Assembly: GCA_051294375.1 (NCBI GenBank)
Contig: CM119268.1
Location: 14,935,897 to 14,999,896, forward strand
Reading direction: 5' to 3'
DNA from: Paraspadella gotoi
Lineage: Eukaryota > Animalia > Chaetognatha
DNA: 64,000 bases
The notes beneath the pieces are model-generated. The model ran no database searches. It was given only the letters and a program-made list of their open reading frames with translations, and was not told the origin of the DNA. The translations under genes and the position numbers were made by a program. Positions 11,638-34,560 of the stretch are shown here, one piece after another (within the stretch, counting starts at the first letter, position 1; the number at the start of each line of letters is the position of its first letter).

Positions 11638-13441
11638 ATGGATTCATCGATTCCCGACCTCAACTCATTCGTCAAGTCCACGGGTCCTTATGCCATCGGA
11701 CCGCGACTGGAAGAGACACACGTTTCTTCCATCGCGCAATGCGTTGGTCGACATCGGCGGACGAACGAGTTCGTCACACTCAAAATGCTACAGTTGATGG
11801 AGACGGAAGAAGGCGGGGTGCTACAACAGGAACTGCAACAGGCCAAGTCGATGCTGTACAACGAGCACCGGCTGTTATCTCTGCTGAAGGGCGAATCCGG
11901 AGTCATCGGGCTAAGGTACGATGGTGAGACTCCATCCTGAGTATTTTTCTTTTGCTCTCCCCTTAAAATTAAATAATAATTATAATAATTATTATTATTT
12001 TTATTATTATAATTATCTTTTCCTTTTTAGAGATTTTTTCATGGAGGACACCTATGAAGAGGAAGAGGACGAGGAAGACAGCGACGACTATAACGAAGAG
12101 GACTTCAGTTCACGAGTCGCTAAGGAATCTCACCGGACAGATTCTAGCAGCATCGTAACTGGCGCCGATCATAGCGGCTCCACCGTCTCGGATGTTTCAA
12201 AAAATTCCACCATCACCTCAGCAGCCTCATATCCTCCCCGATCGTCGGGATCTCCTTCCGTCGAAGATGAAGACGACGAAGAAGATTGGCCCTACTCTCG
12301 ACGACGAAAACGGCGTCGCCGCCAGCGCCGACCTCGCTTTCAACGCCGCAGCCCGCGCCTCACTCTGGTCACAGACTGTTACCAGGCACACGACCTCGAC
12401 CCTTCTTCGTATCGTTATCTCGTTGTGCAACACTACGTGATCCTACAGAGGCGCCTCTTGGAACGCGAGGCGTTGCGCATCTTTCGCGGCGTTGCGGCCA
12501 TCGTATCGCGCCTCCATCGCCTCGGCGTCGTCCATCGCGACCTCAAACTCGGCAACGTGACCTTCGATCGCGCCGATGGTTCCGTCGTCGTCTCCAACTT
12601 TTGCCTCGGGCGCCACCTCATTCACGAGGACGAACTCTTGAGCGACCAGCGAGGTTCTCCCGCTTACATCAGTCCGGAAGTCCTCTCCGGCGATCAGTAC
12701 AAGGGCAAGCCGTGCGACGTGTGGGCGATGGGCGTAATGCTGTACACGATGCTTTTCGGCCGTTTTCCTTTTTACGACCACGATCCCCGCAAGTTGTTCC
12801 GCAAGATCAAGGAGGCCGACTTCGTTGTTCCCGTGGACGACCGGGTAAGCGACTCGAGCCGCGATCTTCTTTGGAAGATGTTGAAACTAAACCCGTCGGA
12901 TCGAGCGACGGCGGACGAAGCGTTGGACCTCGTCGATTCTGTTATCGCCTCTCGCAGGCGACTCACCGACTCTCCCTCGACGCTTCAAATAGTTCCCGAT
13001 GTCGACGACGAGTCCGACAGCGGAAAGTCGGCCAATCAGGTCGTCCCTTCGCCCAAAGAAGCGACGCCAAAGCCGCGCAACCTTGTGCGTTCCGCCGATC
13101 GCGTACTCCCGCCCGTTCCAGTATACCAACCCGACCCATGCCCTCGGCCACCAACCGCCACCACGGCGGCTTTTATCCCCGCCCTTTCCATCCCTCAACT
13201 CGCAATCTCCATCGAACTCGCGCCTCAACGCGGACGGTCAACGACGATGCCTTGCCCACAAACTGAGGCGGGGGCCGCTGCGGCCCTCGAGGCTCGACCC
13301 GTCATTTTGACTGAGTGCACTACGGCAGCGATATCGTGGATTAATGCGCAGCGAGAATCGGACAACGACCCGTACGGTTTGGCCACAATGATGGAAGAAA
13401 ATCCAGTGTTGGATCTGAGCCGATCGACCACCGAGAACTGA
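11638..13441 (+). CDS. STK40: STK40 pseudokinase (Tribbles-related); exons 11638-11915, 12031-13441
   Basis: GPYAIGPRL..SIAQCVGR; HRDLKLGN; SNFCLG in place of DFG; DQRGSPAYISPEVLSG; QIVPD COP1-type motif after the kinase domain. Confidence 0.93.
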
Positions 13442-15638
13442 CACCCTCCGTGCCACTAATTTGTATTACGCCTATGATATTGGTACAACCAATATATTTT
13501 TTAGCGTGTTCTTTTATTTGTTTTACTAATTTTTTAAGTATTTCTTATTCTTTTTATGGAAACGCCGTCTTAATGGCGTTTGAGATTAATTCTGTGTTTT
13601 GGTGGTTAATTGTACTAATTAAATTTTTAATAAATATTATTTATTATACGTAAACACTACACTATTTTTTTTTCATTCTCCTTCATTATTTTTAGTCAGT
13701 TTTGAACAACAGTTTTTAGATAACTTTTACTCTTACTTAAATGATACATTTGAAAAACATTCGTATCAGCGGTTTGAAAAATTTTCGTTCAAAAAAGTTT
13801 GATTTTTATTTACGTATTGTATAAAAATGACAGTGAGGAAGATCCGACGACTGATCAATGGGGAAATGGGTCAGAAAAGAAAAGTGGGAGATGATGATAT
13901 TAAGGCTTAAAATGAGCTTGGGTGCCACTTGCCTAAATATCATTTTCAATCAAATATTAAGTACTATTTAATATATTGATTCATGTTTAACTACTTCACA
14001 CATTATTTTTTATATTTCATTTTAAAAATCTATGGTGTTTTATGATTAATAATAGCTAAAAATTTAATATAAGTTTCACTAACATCATGATTAACAAAAT
14101 TTTCTCAACTAAAAATTTATCCCAATCACTAAAAATAAGTTCCGAAACAGCACTAGACATTTTTCCGGTTTAAAAAAATTGGGGGAGAAAAAAAGATTCA
14201 TTTTCCAATTTTAAAACTGTCCAATATTTTAAAAGTCTATCTCGATTTTGTTTACAAACAAAAGAGAAGTTTTTAAATTCCTGTCATGAATCTCTAAACG
14301 ACGCGTAAACTCTGATCTCAGAGAAGAAAAAGATCTCAAAAGAAAATCACAATTCGTCGTCGTCGTCGTCGATGTCCTCGACTCTTATCGCCATCCTTTT
14401 TCTGAATGAAATAATTTGGAAGTGATGTATTTTCTTCGCTAACGTCAACGGTTTTCTTACAGCCGTCGACTTGCGTTAAGTCGTAACTTATAATTGTAAT
14501 TTATGCGTTCATTACATAATAAATGAATTTTTTTTTCGTGCATTATTGACCGATTGATTGGGCATTTTACGAGTTTGATTAAACGACAAGGAATTAAATT
14601 CTTTGCGAAAGACCGATGACTTCTCCGAATATAATTCATGAATGGAATGGAATCGATCCCCCGGAACCTCCGCGGGGGGGCGGTGTGTCAAAACCCCTGG
14701 AGTTTTTTACTTCTTAACCTCGTATCGTTTTCCAAGGATTACTATCCGGTGAACGACTTAATCCTATTTGCATATCGCTGTCATAACCTTTGAATTTTAG
14801 TTGGTTTTTTTTTTCATTATTTTTTAGATATCTATCATTTAAGTTAAATCATAAATCAATTTTATTCAACTTTTTTATCAGTTGAACAGTTTTCATAAAA
14901 ATATAAATGTAAACAAGTGTTTGCTCTTTTGTTCTCGGAATGATCGATCGGCTCACCTCCTGCGTTGAAAAAAATATTAGAAAAAAGTAGTATAAAGTGA
15001 CTTATAAGGCGTAAGACATATGAGAAAAGATGATTAAAAGAATTTTTAAAAAGTCGAGCTTATAAACTATAATGTAGAAAATAAACTAAAGAGAGGCTCA
15101 AAATTATTATAATGGAATGAGCTCTGGTTGAACCCTTATCGCGAATGAAGCCTAAAAGAGTCTGGACGAACCCTGACCGCGTTCGTTTCCTTCGAACGAA
15201 AATTCCTCCTTTTTTTTCTACTATTATCTTCTGCCTTCGATTTTTTTTTCGTTTTATTTTTTCTTAACGGTTTTAAATCTGTTTCGGCAATTATTTTGTT
15301 CCAATTCACCTCGTAATTGTAGTCTTCCCTACAAAATTTTATTTTTTTCTTTTCTTGTGATTTTTTTCATATCGCTACGTTTTACATACTATCTACACTT
15401 CATGAATTAGCCTTGCCTGGACTCAATAAATCGGAAATTAATTTTTTTCTCTTTTCAAATAATCAAGAGACGTTTTTGGTGAAGTTAAGAAATTTGTTTG
15501 GTGATCGTTACCAAACTCCCCAGGAAGTCATGATCTTCCACGCCTCACGAGACATTTCCAATTCCCGGCGGACAACCCTATCGGGCCCCACACCCTGTAA
15601 ACTCTCTCTTTAACAATAAAAAAGCTTGCTTGCTTGTG

Positions 15639-15669
15639 CTTTCTTTCTTTCTTTTCTTTCTTTCTTTCT

Positions 15670-15722
<53 letters not shown>

Positions 15723-15743
15723 TTTCTTTCTTTCTTTTCTTCT

Positions 15744-15775
<32 letters not shown>

Positions 15776-15793
15776 CTCTCTCCTACTCTCACT

Positions 15794-15823
<30 letters not shown>
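15639..15823. repeat. Compound (CTTT)n/(CT)n microsatellite
   Basis: Directly visible. Confidence 0.95.
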
Positions 15824-15824
<1 letters not shown>

Positions 15825-18164
15825 GGGTCCGTCCATCACTAATCATCACGTTTAAGTTTAAGGTTTAAGCGAATTTTTTCAATTTTTTTGTTCTTGTGCT
15901 TCTGCTATGTTTCTTGCCATCTTGGAATCTAAATACATGTATGTCATGGCTCACCCCTTGGACTGACGTTTTTAGTTTTTCTCTTTGCCCCTTTTTGAGT
16001 TGCTCCCTCTCGTCTCTGTCTTTAATTTTAGATTAATTCCATGTGTCTATTTTTCTCTTCCTGCTTTTCCTTTCTTTATTTTGATTATCACTGTTTTTTA
16101 TCAACTAATCCCTTGGTAAATTCGAGTCAATCTCCCGAAGTAAAAAAACCTTTTAATTTTTTATATAGTAAATGTAGGCTGTAACTTCTTAAATTTATTA
16201 AGTAGTAAACGTTTAACAAGACTTCTTTTCATAAAGCTTTACTTGACATCCGTTCGATCATTCGAAATGTTTTGCTTTAACTTAAGTTAAAGCTTGAATA
16301 TCATTATCAGCTTGAAAAATAATTCAAAAAATATTCAAAGATTACTGTGTATAAATGGTAAGTTTTAATTTACTTGTCTAATATCTCTACAGTATTCTGC
16401 AATAATTCGATCTAGAGTAAGTAAAGATGACCTGGATTTCAACCATCCCAAAATATAAGATATGAAAATTTGCAATTCGTCGTTGTATTCGTCGTCGTCG
16501 TTTTCGCCTGAACTATTTGAGCTTCCAAATTTTTTCACTATTTTCTATTTTATATTTTATAACGGCTTTACTATTTAATCTATATTATTTAATTATATAA
16601 ATATTGTTTTTTAAAAAAAAAATTATTTATCGTTATATCTAATAATTCATTTTTGGGAGGTGGAGGCCAGCGTTGTCTTCTGGAAATAGAGGGAGCATCT
16701 ATACAACACAAGGTTAGAGTACAATCTGTCCTAGTTTTATATAATAGAAATAAGATTATTAACCTCGTTGCCAGTTGAAGTATCTTTTTAACACTTTTCT
16801 TACGTGATATACGCATTCAATTTGGGACACTCGATTAGAATATAGGGGAAAAAAGCAGAAATGAACACGGCTTTTTCCGTAAAGATTTAGCGCCAATAAA
16901 CTTTTTTCCGTCTTTGTATTAAAAAGAGGGGAAAGAAGGAGATAAATTCTGAAATGCTGCTGCATGAATTTAGAGGACGAGAACCAGAGAAGAGATTGAT
17001 TAGTTCTTGTCTGTCGGAAGGGAGGGATGGAGGTGAGGTCATCGAGGGAAAGGAAGCTCTTTACTTCTGTTTACTTAAGTTTTTTTTTTCTTCAAACTTT
17101 CTTTTGATTTTAATTTATGCTATTGGTATTGGGTAGTCGTTAGCGAATAAAATTTAAAATAGAATTCATCGAAAACTCCCCCCAAAAAAATAAGTTTCCT
17201 ATGTAATACTCTAAATTCTTCATTATTAGTATTTAAAATGACTTAGTGAATGCTAAAACACAACTGAAGAAAAATCAAATGTTAATTCGTTTGCCAACTG
17301 CTCAAGTGCTCATGCAGGTTTTGGCATTCAGTTCTTTCAAAATTTTATAATCAGCGAATTAACTCGAACTCATAATTTTTGTGTAAACTCTTACCTCATA
17401 ATCGAGGATCGTTCTTTTAATTTCCGTAAAACATTTTCTTTAAATTTAAAAGCAACGATCTTACGGGTTTAGAAACCCGAATTTCTTTTAATCTTCCTCA
17501 TACATGTCATTCGTCATTCTTAGTATTTTTTTTTTTTTTTTTTTTTTTTGCTTTTCTTTTTTTTTTCCATAATCGTGGGTGAAAGACTTTCACACTTGTT
17601 TACTCTTCGCCCTTCTTCGCCCGAATGATAAATTTTGGCATCGACTCTACCCAGTATACAGTATCGCTCTTAAATTGTCGCGAAAAAATTAAAACTTTTA
17701 TTCGGATCATCATCTTCTTCCCCCCCCCCCTTTCTTCTTTCAGATCATTAGCTTTACGAGAGGGAGAGAGAATGCAAGTTATGCGCTCGGCATAACCTTT
17801 GGCTTGAGTCCATCGATTGAAAAAAATAATAATAAATCATTGTTGAGCTGGACTGGAGAAAAAAAAATCTGATCGGACTGCGAAAGAGATCACATTCCAT
17901 AGACGAGAGGACGGACGATCGAAGTTCTCGGTGAGTGTTTCCTTTTAAAACTGTCAAACTGCATCAAATCTAATTCGGCATGAGGCGTCTAATCAGTAAT
18001 CAGGCCTTTCTTGTCGATGCTCACTCGGGTAGTACTTTAATGGAATGTTTTAGTTGTTATCATCACATCACATGATGATTATTTTAAATTGAGATTGTTC
18101 TCGCCAATTCCTTTTTTAGATTCGGGGCGATTTTGAAGACAAGTAGACGAAATTAAGGACGAAA

Positions 18165-28839
<10,675 letters not shown>

Positions 28840-29430
28840 AGTGACCGATACAGATTATAAACATCGACGAAGTTAACAGATAATATATTTTAAAAACTTT
28901 GAGAACTACTCTAGTTCATTAAAATCAATAGAGATTATCTTAATATAATGGGATTTTGTATCCTTAACCCTAATCATTATTAACTTTTATGTATAACAAT
29001 GAGCTTTACTCATTGATCATTTGTCCTACATTTCGCTTTTTCACGTTTGCTCTTCTACGTAGCTTTAGTTGTTGTAAATCGCCGAAGGATATCAGTATAA
29101 CTTGGATAAATAGTCTGTTTTGCTTTATTCGTTAGTTTAGTTGCATCATTAAGCTATGACACCAAACTTTCGATACTTAGTTAAATTGGTTTGAAATCAG
29201 GACCATAAAAATTATCGGTAAAAATTTGTAAATTTAATAGTAAAATTTAAAAAAAATTGTATTAGAATTATGTGCTACAACTTGTTATTTTCATTCAAGT
29301 TCGGCTGGCAGTTAATAATGTAGGTAATATTTATTGTACCAAAAGTTACCTGTATTTTTTTACAATATCTTCTTTTTCTTATTTATAATAGTATATCTTT
29401 GATTTTTTTTAAAAAATTTTATTTTTACTA

Positions 29431-29476
<46 letters not shown>

Positions 29477-29477
29477 G

Positions 29478-29513
<36 letters not shown>

Positions 29514-29514
29514 T
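29431..29514. repeat. (CTTT)n microsatellite
   Basis: Directly visible. Confidence 0.95.
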
Positions 29515-30298
29515 ATCTAAATAAAAAAACAAGTTTCGCCGTTTCGTCAGTAAATGGGCGCAACTCTTCATTTATTTGCCGCTAGAAATCGTTCGCCCTT
29601 TTCAGCCGTTTGCGGGCGAATAATCAACTTGCAATCGTCATTGCAAATCGTCGAGATCGCCTCTTGTTAGGATTTAGGTTTCGAAAGTAAACGAAGAAAA
29701 TAAATGATTGGATAAATCATTGGCCAACTAGTGTTATCATTTTTAATCATGAAAGGCAACCCGCTTTTTAAGGATTCAAACTTTCGTATCCTCCTGACGA
29801 ACCCTGCGTAATGTTGACGACCGCAATCGGGGACGCTTTCTCTTTTATTGCCCAGGGCCCTCCGCCCTTTTCTTCCTCTTGATAGAAAAGAGTTCAGTTT
29901 CACAAATCTCGAAGGTCCTAGAAAAGGTGACTTTTTTTTCAAAGCTTCATTTGCCTAAAAATGAAGAACTTCTTGCTAAATAACTTTCAAAATATCTTGC
30001 TTAGTAACTACTGAAACTTAAATAGTAATTTACGCTGAAATATATTAAAGGAAACAAAAAACAGTTATCAAAGAGCATTTTGTGCTAAAGCAACAAGCAT
30101 CCGCCGGATACTGAATTTGAAAAGTGTATTTTTATTTCGACAAATTTGTTTTACTATGGCGATTATTTTTTACTTATTTTTTTATGACTCCTAAATACAC
30201 AACGCCCTTTTCGACAGATATTTTCTCAAGAAAGCCGTCTTTCAGGTTGTGATGACAACGCATCTTACTATGATACTTTTCGGTCGGTCTATCAGATA

Positions 30299-30440
30299 TT
30301 TTAAAATTTTTTTTAATTGGTTTATATAATTTTAATTTTTTAATTTAATTTTTTTTATTTTTTTTTAATTGGTTTATATAATTTTAATTTTTTAATTTAA
30401 TTTTTTAAAATTTTTTTTAATTGGTTTATATAATTTTAAT
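30299..30440. repeat. AT-rich minisatellite, about 2.5 copies of a roughly 53-bp unit
   Basis: TTTTTAATTGGTTTATATAATTTTAAT occurs three times. Confidence 0.85.
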
Positions 30441-30571
30441 AAAATCATTTTGGGTAAAAATTGCATATGCAAATTTGTATATGTAAATTTTGAAAAAACG
30501 CGTGAACCAGCGTGAAACAAAAACCAATGCTGCTTATGACCATAGCTTCATATCATCGTTATTAGGTATAA

Positions 30572-30670
30572 TTGAGTACTCAAGGAGCAACTCAATAATT
30601 TACTTTTTGGTCATTTGGTATGTCTGTCCGTCAGTCTGTCCCAATTACATTTCAAATGCTTATAACTTTG
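30572..30670 (+). mobile_element. HINE/DINE-like (Helentron-associated) element, 5' part
   Basis: Hairpin TTGAGTACTCAAGGAGCAACTCAA followed by GTCTGTCCGTCAGTCTGTCC; homologous to 46791-46918 (-). Confidence 0.55.
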
Positions 30671-30969
30671 GAAATGTTGCATCTAGTTCATATTTGGTAG
30701 GGTAAGGTACCAAAAGACTTTTACTTGTGCAGTCAAATGATCATTTAAAATAATGATCAAATGACCTGAAATTCAATGCGGTATAATTCCCAGAATACAG
30801 AATCATTTTAGACTGGTAAAATATTAGTAAATGCTTCTTAAGCATCTTTTTCATACTTTTGCAATCACTTGACCACGCAAAACTATGGTCTCGTGATCAC
30901 AAAGTAAATGCAGCATATTTCTTTTAATGTCGGGTTTATGGTGGACTAAAATCCACCAACCGTTAATCA

Positions 30970-31160
30970 GCGGCCATTGGTGCCGGAGGCAAGTCATTCG
31001 CCTCCCAACCCAAAGGTCCGGGGTTCTAGCCCGGTAGTCGCCTGGCAGTTAAGAGGGACGGGGCGCTTAACCTGCCTGTAACACAGTGTTACAGCCTGAT
31101 CCAAAGCTCAGGGACTGCTTATATTGAACGGTTCTATTACTAACATATAACAATAATTAC
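30970..31160 (+). mobile_element. tRNA-derived SINE
   Basis: tRNA-like head at 30970-31041 with degenerate A box TGGTGCCGGAGG, B box GGTTCTAGCCC and acceptor-like stem GCGGCCA/TAGTCGC; unrelated body and AT-rich tail. Confidence 0.6.
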
Positions 31161-31942
31161 TGTCTCTTCAGGTTGTTTTGAGTTAAGACTTTGCAGAGAA
31201 GTGATCAACCAAAAACTATTGTTATACGTAAATGTCATAGTCCTATGAACACATAATCACAGGAAAATAGATGTGAAAAGATAGTCACTGGGGCGCAACT
31301 GATCTGGTTTTATCGTAAATGTTACTGTCGCCGCATCGTTCTATTTAGTGGTGAATACGACCGACTGATTATTGAATAGGTAATAAAAAAACCTTTAAAA
31401 AATCGAAGAAAAAAAATTATCTCCAAACAAAACGTATTCTAAGATTATATAAGTTACCAAATTTTATAAATAGTCAAAAATAATATTTGAATAATATTAA
31501 AATATGATAAACATAAATTTCCACAAATTAACACATGAAGACAAAGCAAAATATAAACATTAAAGAGTTATAACCGAAATAGTTAATAAATGGCTGATCG
31601 TCCTTTCCATTAGTGTTCGGCATGCATGACCGAACGTTCAAAGAATTAGTCTTATCACACACTCAAAATAGCTGAAGAAGCGTATACAGGAGAAGACAAA
31701 ATATTTATTTATGCAACTTATGACGTCCATACCTGTTTATTAATATTACAGAGTTTGATAAACAATGACCTCAAGAAAAAGGCGAATTTCCATTTTTCCA
31801 GATAATAGTAAATCTTTTACGCCACGTAATAAAACTTTTGGATAAGCGTCTCGTAATTTCACACTTAAAATATGAAAATTACAAACTGAAACTGCATCCA
31901 TAAAAAAATAATTAAAAAAAAATAAAATCAGTGAAAAATAAA

Positions 31943-32522
31943 ATGCGTTACTCTCTGAATACTCTTCTACTGTTATCTGCTACGTTGTCTCTCTTGAGCT
32001 GTATGCAACAATTAGAGGCTCGCAAGGTAAAGCCCCCGATATAGAGATTAAAAAAAGATAGACTTACTCTCTTCTTTTTTTTTAGGAACGGCTTGTCCCA
32101 TGCCAAAAAATAAAAGGTTGCTGGTTCAAGCATAAAAATGACATGAGATGCAAAGTGCATATCTGGAAAAAATTATCCATTCTCAAATTTCTTAGAAGAA
32201 TCCAAATCGTTCCTCCAAGAAGTAGCATTATGAAGGAGAAACTCGTGGAGTGCTACAATAACATGATGGTGTGTCGATGTCTGGATATCGTCATGGACCA
32301 AGAAAGATGTCGTGTAAGAATCGCGCGAGTATTGTGTATTAATCCTTACGATATATCCCGCAGCATCACTATTTTAATGTTTCACTAAGTATGGTATTTT
32401 GTATTATTATTGTCACTTATTTAAACTTTTGCTTTCAGATTGTCAACGGAACTTCGGAACTACACAAATGCAAGTGTCCAAGACCCCAATCAAGATCTCG
32501 ATTATTTTTCAGAAATGGATGA
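31943..32522 (+). CDS. Secreted cysteine-rich protein A, 131 aa; exons 31943-32026, 32086-32313, 32439-32522
   Basis: Signal peptide MRYSLNTLLLLSATLSLLSCMQQLEA; phase-0 introns; 9 Cys in the mature part; ends LFFRNG*; paralogous to the next gene. Confidence 0.8.
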
Positions 32523-32894
32523 GATATTCTATCGAAAAAAACATCTTTTCAGAAATTAATAAATTACTAGAAATGTACTTTCTACGTTTTTCAGAAAGAG
32601 TAAAATTAATAGGAATGTTTTTACGTACAGAAACAATTTTCAATTTTGGTAATAATTATAGTTAATACGTGCATGAAATGTCTTTGATCCTTGTCAAAGA
32701 AAATTAAATAAAAAGAAGCAAAATTGTAAAATTGTACCTTTAAATAAAAATGTTTTTTAAAAAATTCAATAAAATACATATCTAAGTAATAAAATGATGA
32801 CATTGATTTTTATTTATTTAATTTTTGATCCTGTTATCCTTTCAACAAGAAGAATTTCTGCAAAAGGAATTGCTTAGTTTAACATTCAAATTTA

Positions 32895-33124
32895 GAACAA
32901 GTTTGAAATGTGTTTTCAACAAGGATTTTTATTTTTCATAGAAAAACGAACATGTTTCGGCTTACAAATTCAAGCCTTCATCAGCGTTAAGAGTTTGATG
33001 AAGGCTTGAATTTGTAAGCCGAAACATCTCCGTTTTTCTATGAATAATAAAAATCCTTGTTGAAAACACATTTCCAACTTTTTTAAAATCTCAAACACAA
33101 CGAAAAAGAAAGGATTATATCGCC
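32895..33124. mobile_element. Inverted Penelope-like pLTR remnant flanked by a 13-bp direct repeat
   Basis: Inverted arms of about 90 bp around 32985-32995 plus a tail of about 35 bp; ACATTCAAATTTA at 32882-32894 and 33125-33137; contains hammerhead motifs. Confidence 0.7.
32945..32988 (-). ncRNA. Minimal type I hammerhead ribozyme
   Basis: The minus strand reads AACG CUGAUGA A GGCUU GAAUUUGU AAGCC GAA AC AU GU U CGUU: full core, 5-bp helix II, palindromic helix III, GUU cleavage triplet, 4-bp helix I. Confidence 0.8.
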
Positions 33125-33236
33125 ACATTCAAATTTAACTGAAACGACACCTGCGACAAAAAAAAAAAAAAAAAAAAAATAAGCGCCCATAATATTTTAA
33201 ACTAAAAGTCGTCTAAAAAAATCTATAAATAATAAA

Positions 33237-33852
33237 ATGCTTTTCCGCTTGACAACACTGCTCTTTTTAATCGCAACACCTTCGCTAATGGTCTCGAAAC
33301 CACTATTAAAGACTACTGAAAAGGTAAACTTAAAGGAAACGTCTAGAATTGTTGCAGAAAAATTTCTTAAAAATTATTAAGAAAAATTGAAAACGTCATT
33401 AACTTATTCTTTAAGGAACTGGGTTGCAACGCATTCGAAGGATGCTGCTTTCATGGACATAATGACACGAGTTGCAAAAAAATCATCAGTATAAGTTACC
33501 ACCTTACCCCAATAACGAATGATACTAAACTCGTGGAGTGCTACAACAGGTTCGAGGTGTGTCGATGCCTGGATAAATTAATGGATCAACGTTGTCAGGT
33601 ATCCAGAACATTTTTCAGGGCGTAAATCCCTCAATATCACTTCAAAGAAAAAAAATGAGACTTCTATTGTGATTATGTTTGCATCAATTGCGCTTGTTAA
33701 TATTTTACTTGACATGAATATCGTCATCAAAAATTGAATGTTTTCAGATTAACAACGGCTCTCGGGAACTGGATAAATGCAATTGTCCAACAAAAAAAGT
33801 TGAAGAAAAAAAACGGTTAAAATTACGCCGATTTCTTTTTAGACGTGGATGA
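33237..33852 (+). CDS. Secreted cysteine-rich protein B, 124 aa; exons 33237-33323, 33416-33598, 33748-33852
   Basis: Signal peptide MLFRLTTLLFLIATPSLMVS; same intron positions and phases as protein A; 10 Cys; ends RRFLFRRG*. Confidence 0.8.
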
Positions 33853-33865
33853 GATATCTGCACCA

Positions 33866-34176
33866 TTTTCCGAGAGCGCCCATTTTTATTCCTAATCGTT
33901 AAACTATATTTTAGCCAAGATATTAGGATCTAATTTTTTTTCAAAAGTTTAATTCAATACCTAACCCTTATACCTAACCCTTATCCCTAACCTAATCTTT
34001 AACCCTAATCCGTAACTTCAATCTCTTATCCTCTCTTTATTTTCTAACCTTAAACCCTAATCAGAACTCTAACCAAATCTCTAACCTACTCCCTATCCTA
34101 AAACTCTGACCTAATTTTTAAACCTAAAAACCAACTTAATTCTGAATTTAAGTTACAATGGGGCGCTTTCGGAAAA
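33866..34176. mobile_element. TIR element containing degenerate telomere-like (CCCTAA)n repeats
   Basis: TTTTCCGAGAGCGCCCATT (33866-33884) versus AATGGGGCGCTTTCGGAAAA (34157-34176); CCTAACCC/AACCCTAA units at about 33958-34135. Confidence 0.7.
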
Positions 34177-34319
34177 GAGGGCCCATTGCTAATTTATGAG
34201 GTTTCTAAACTCTCAAGTAATTTATCTACACTTTTTGATAAATAGTCTTATTAATCATTCTTACGCTTGTACAAGTAATCTTTTAGGAGGCTTAATGTCC
34301 CAATTGTAAAATACTATAC

Positions 34320-34560
34320 TGGTGACCTATGCTTAGCTCCCAATAGTTGAGGAATTACTCTTGTGGATAAGGCGCTAAGTGGGCTGAAGATGACTATCGT
34401 AACTTCTTTAACCCCCTCTGGGAGCTATGGAACGGGTCCTGGGCTTGGAACCAGGCTTGAGGATTTTCCACGCTTACGGCCGTCCTCACACTTCCCGCAG
34501 GGATTGAACCCTAGTGGTCATGAGCTGATGGCTTTAGTCAATGACCACCGGGTCATGACT
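34320..34560 (-). mobile_element. tRNA-derived SINE, second family
   Basis: Minus strand has A box TGACCCGGTGGTC and B box GGGTTCAATCCC (34500-34511), then a GC-richer body; the 3' boundary is approximate. Confidence 0.55.

Noticed and set aside
12286-13266. 326-aa alternative-frame ORF overlapping STK40
   Set aside because: Arg/Pro-rich shadow expected from GC- and CpG-rich codon usage; no domain.
14345-14405. Minus-strand micro-ORF MAIRVEDIDDDDDEL and a similar stretch at about 16475-16508
   Set aside because: Explained by (GAC)n repeats; no convincing donors or linking exons.
15610-15868. ORFs with RE/SL/FLS repeats, also at 22539-22884 and 37230-37344
   Set aside because: Translations of microsatellites.
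29533-29550. Minus-strand CTGACGA..GAAAC hammerhead-like core
   Set aside because: No helix II or helix I pairing.
30970-31041. Possible tRNA-Gly gene
   Set aside because: Mismatched stems, degenerate boxes and no T-run terminator; better read as a SINE head.
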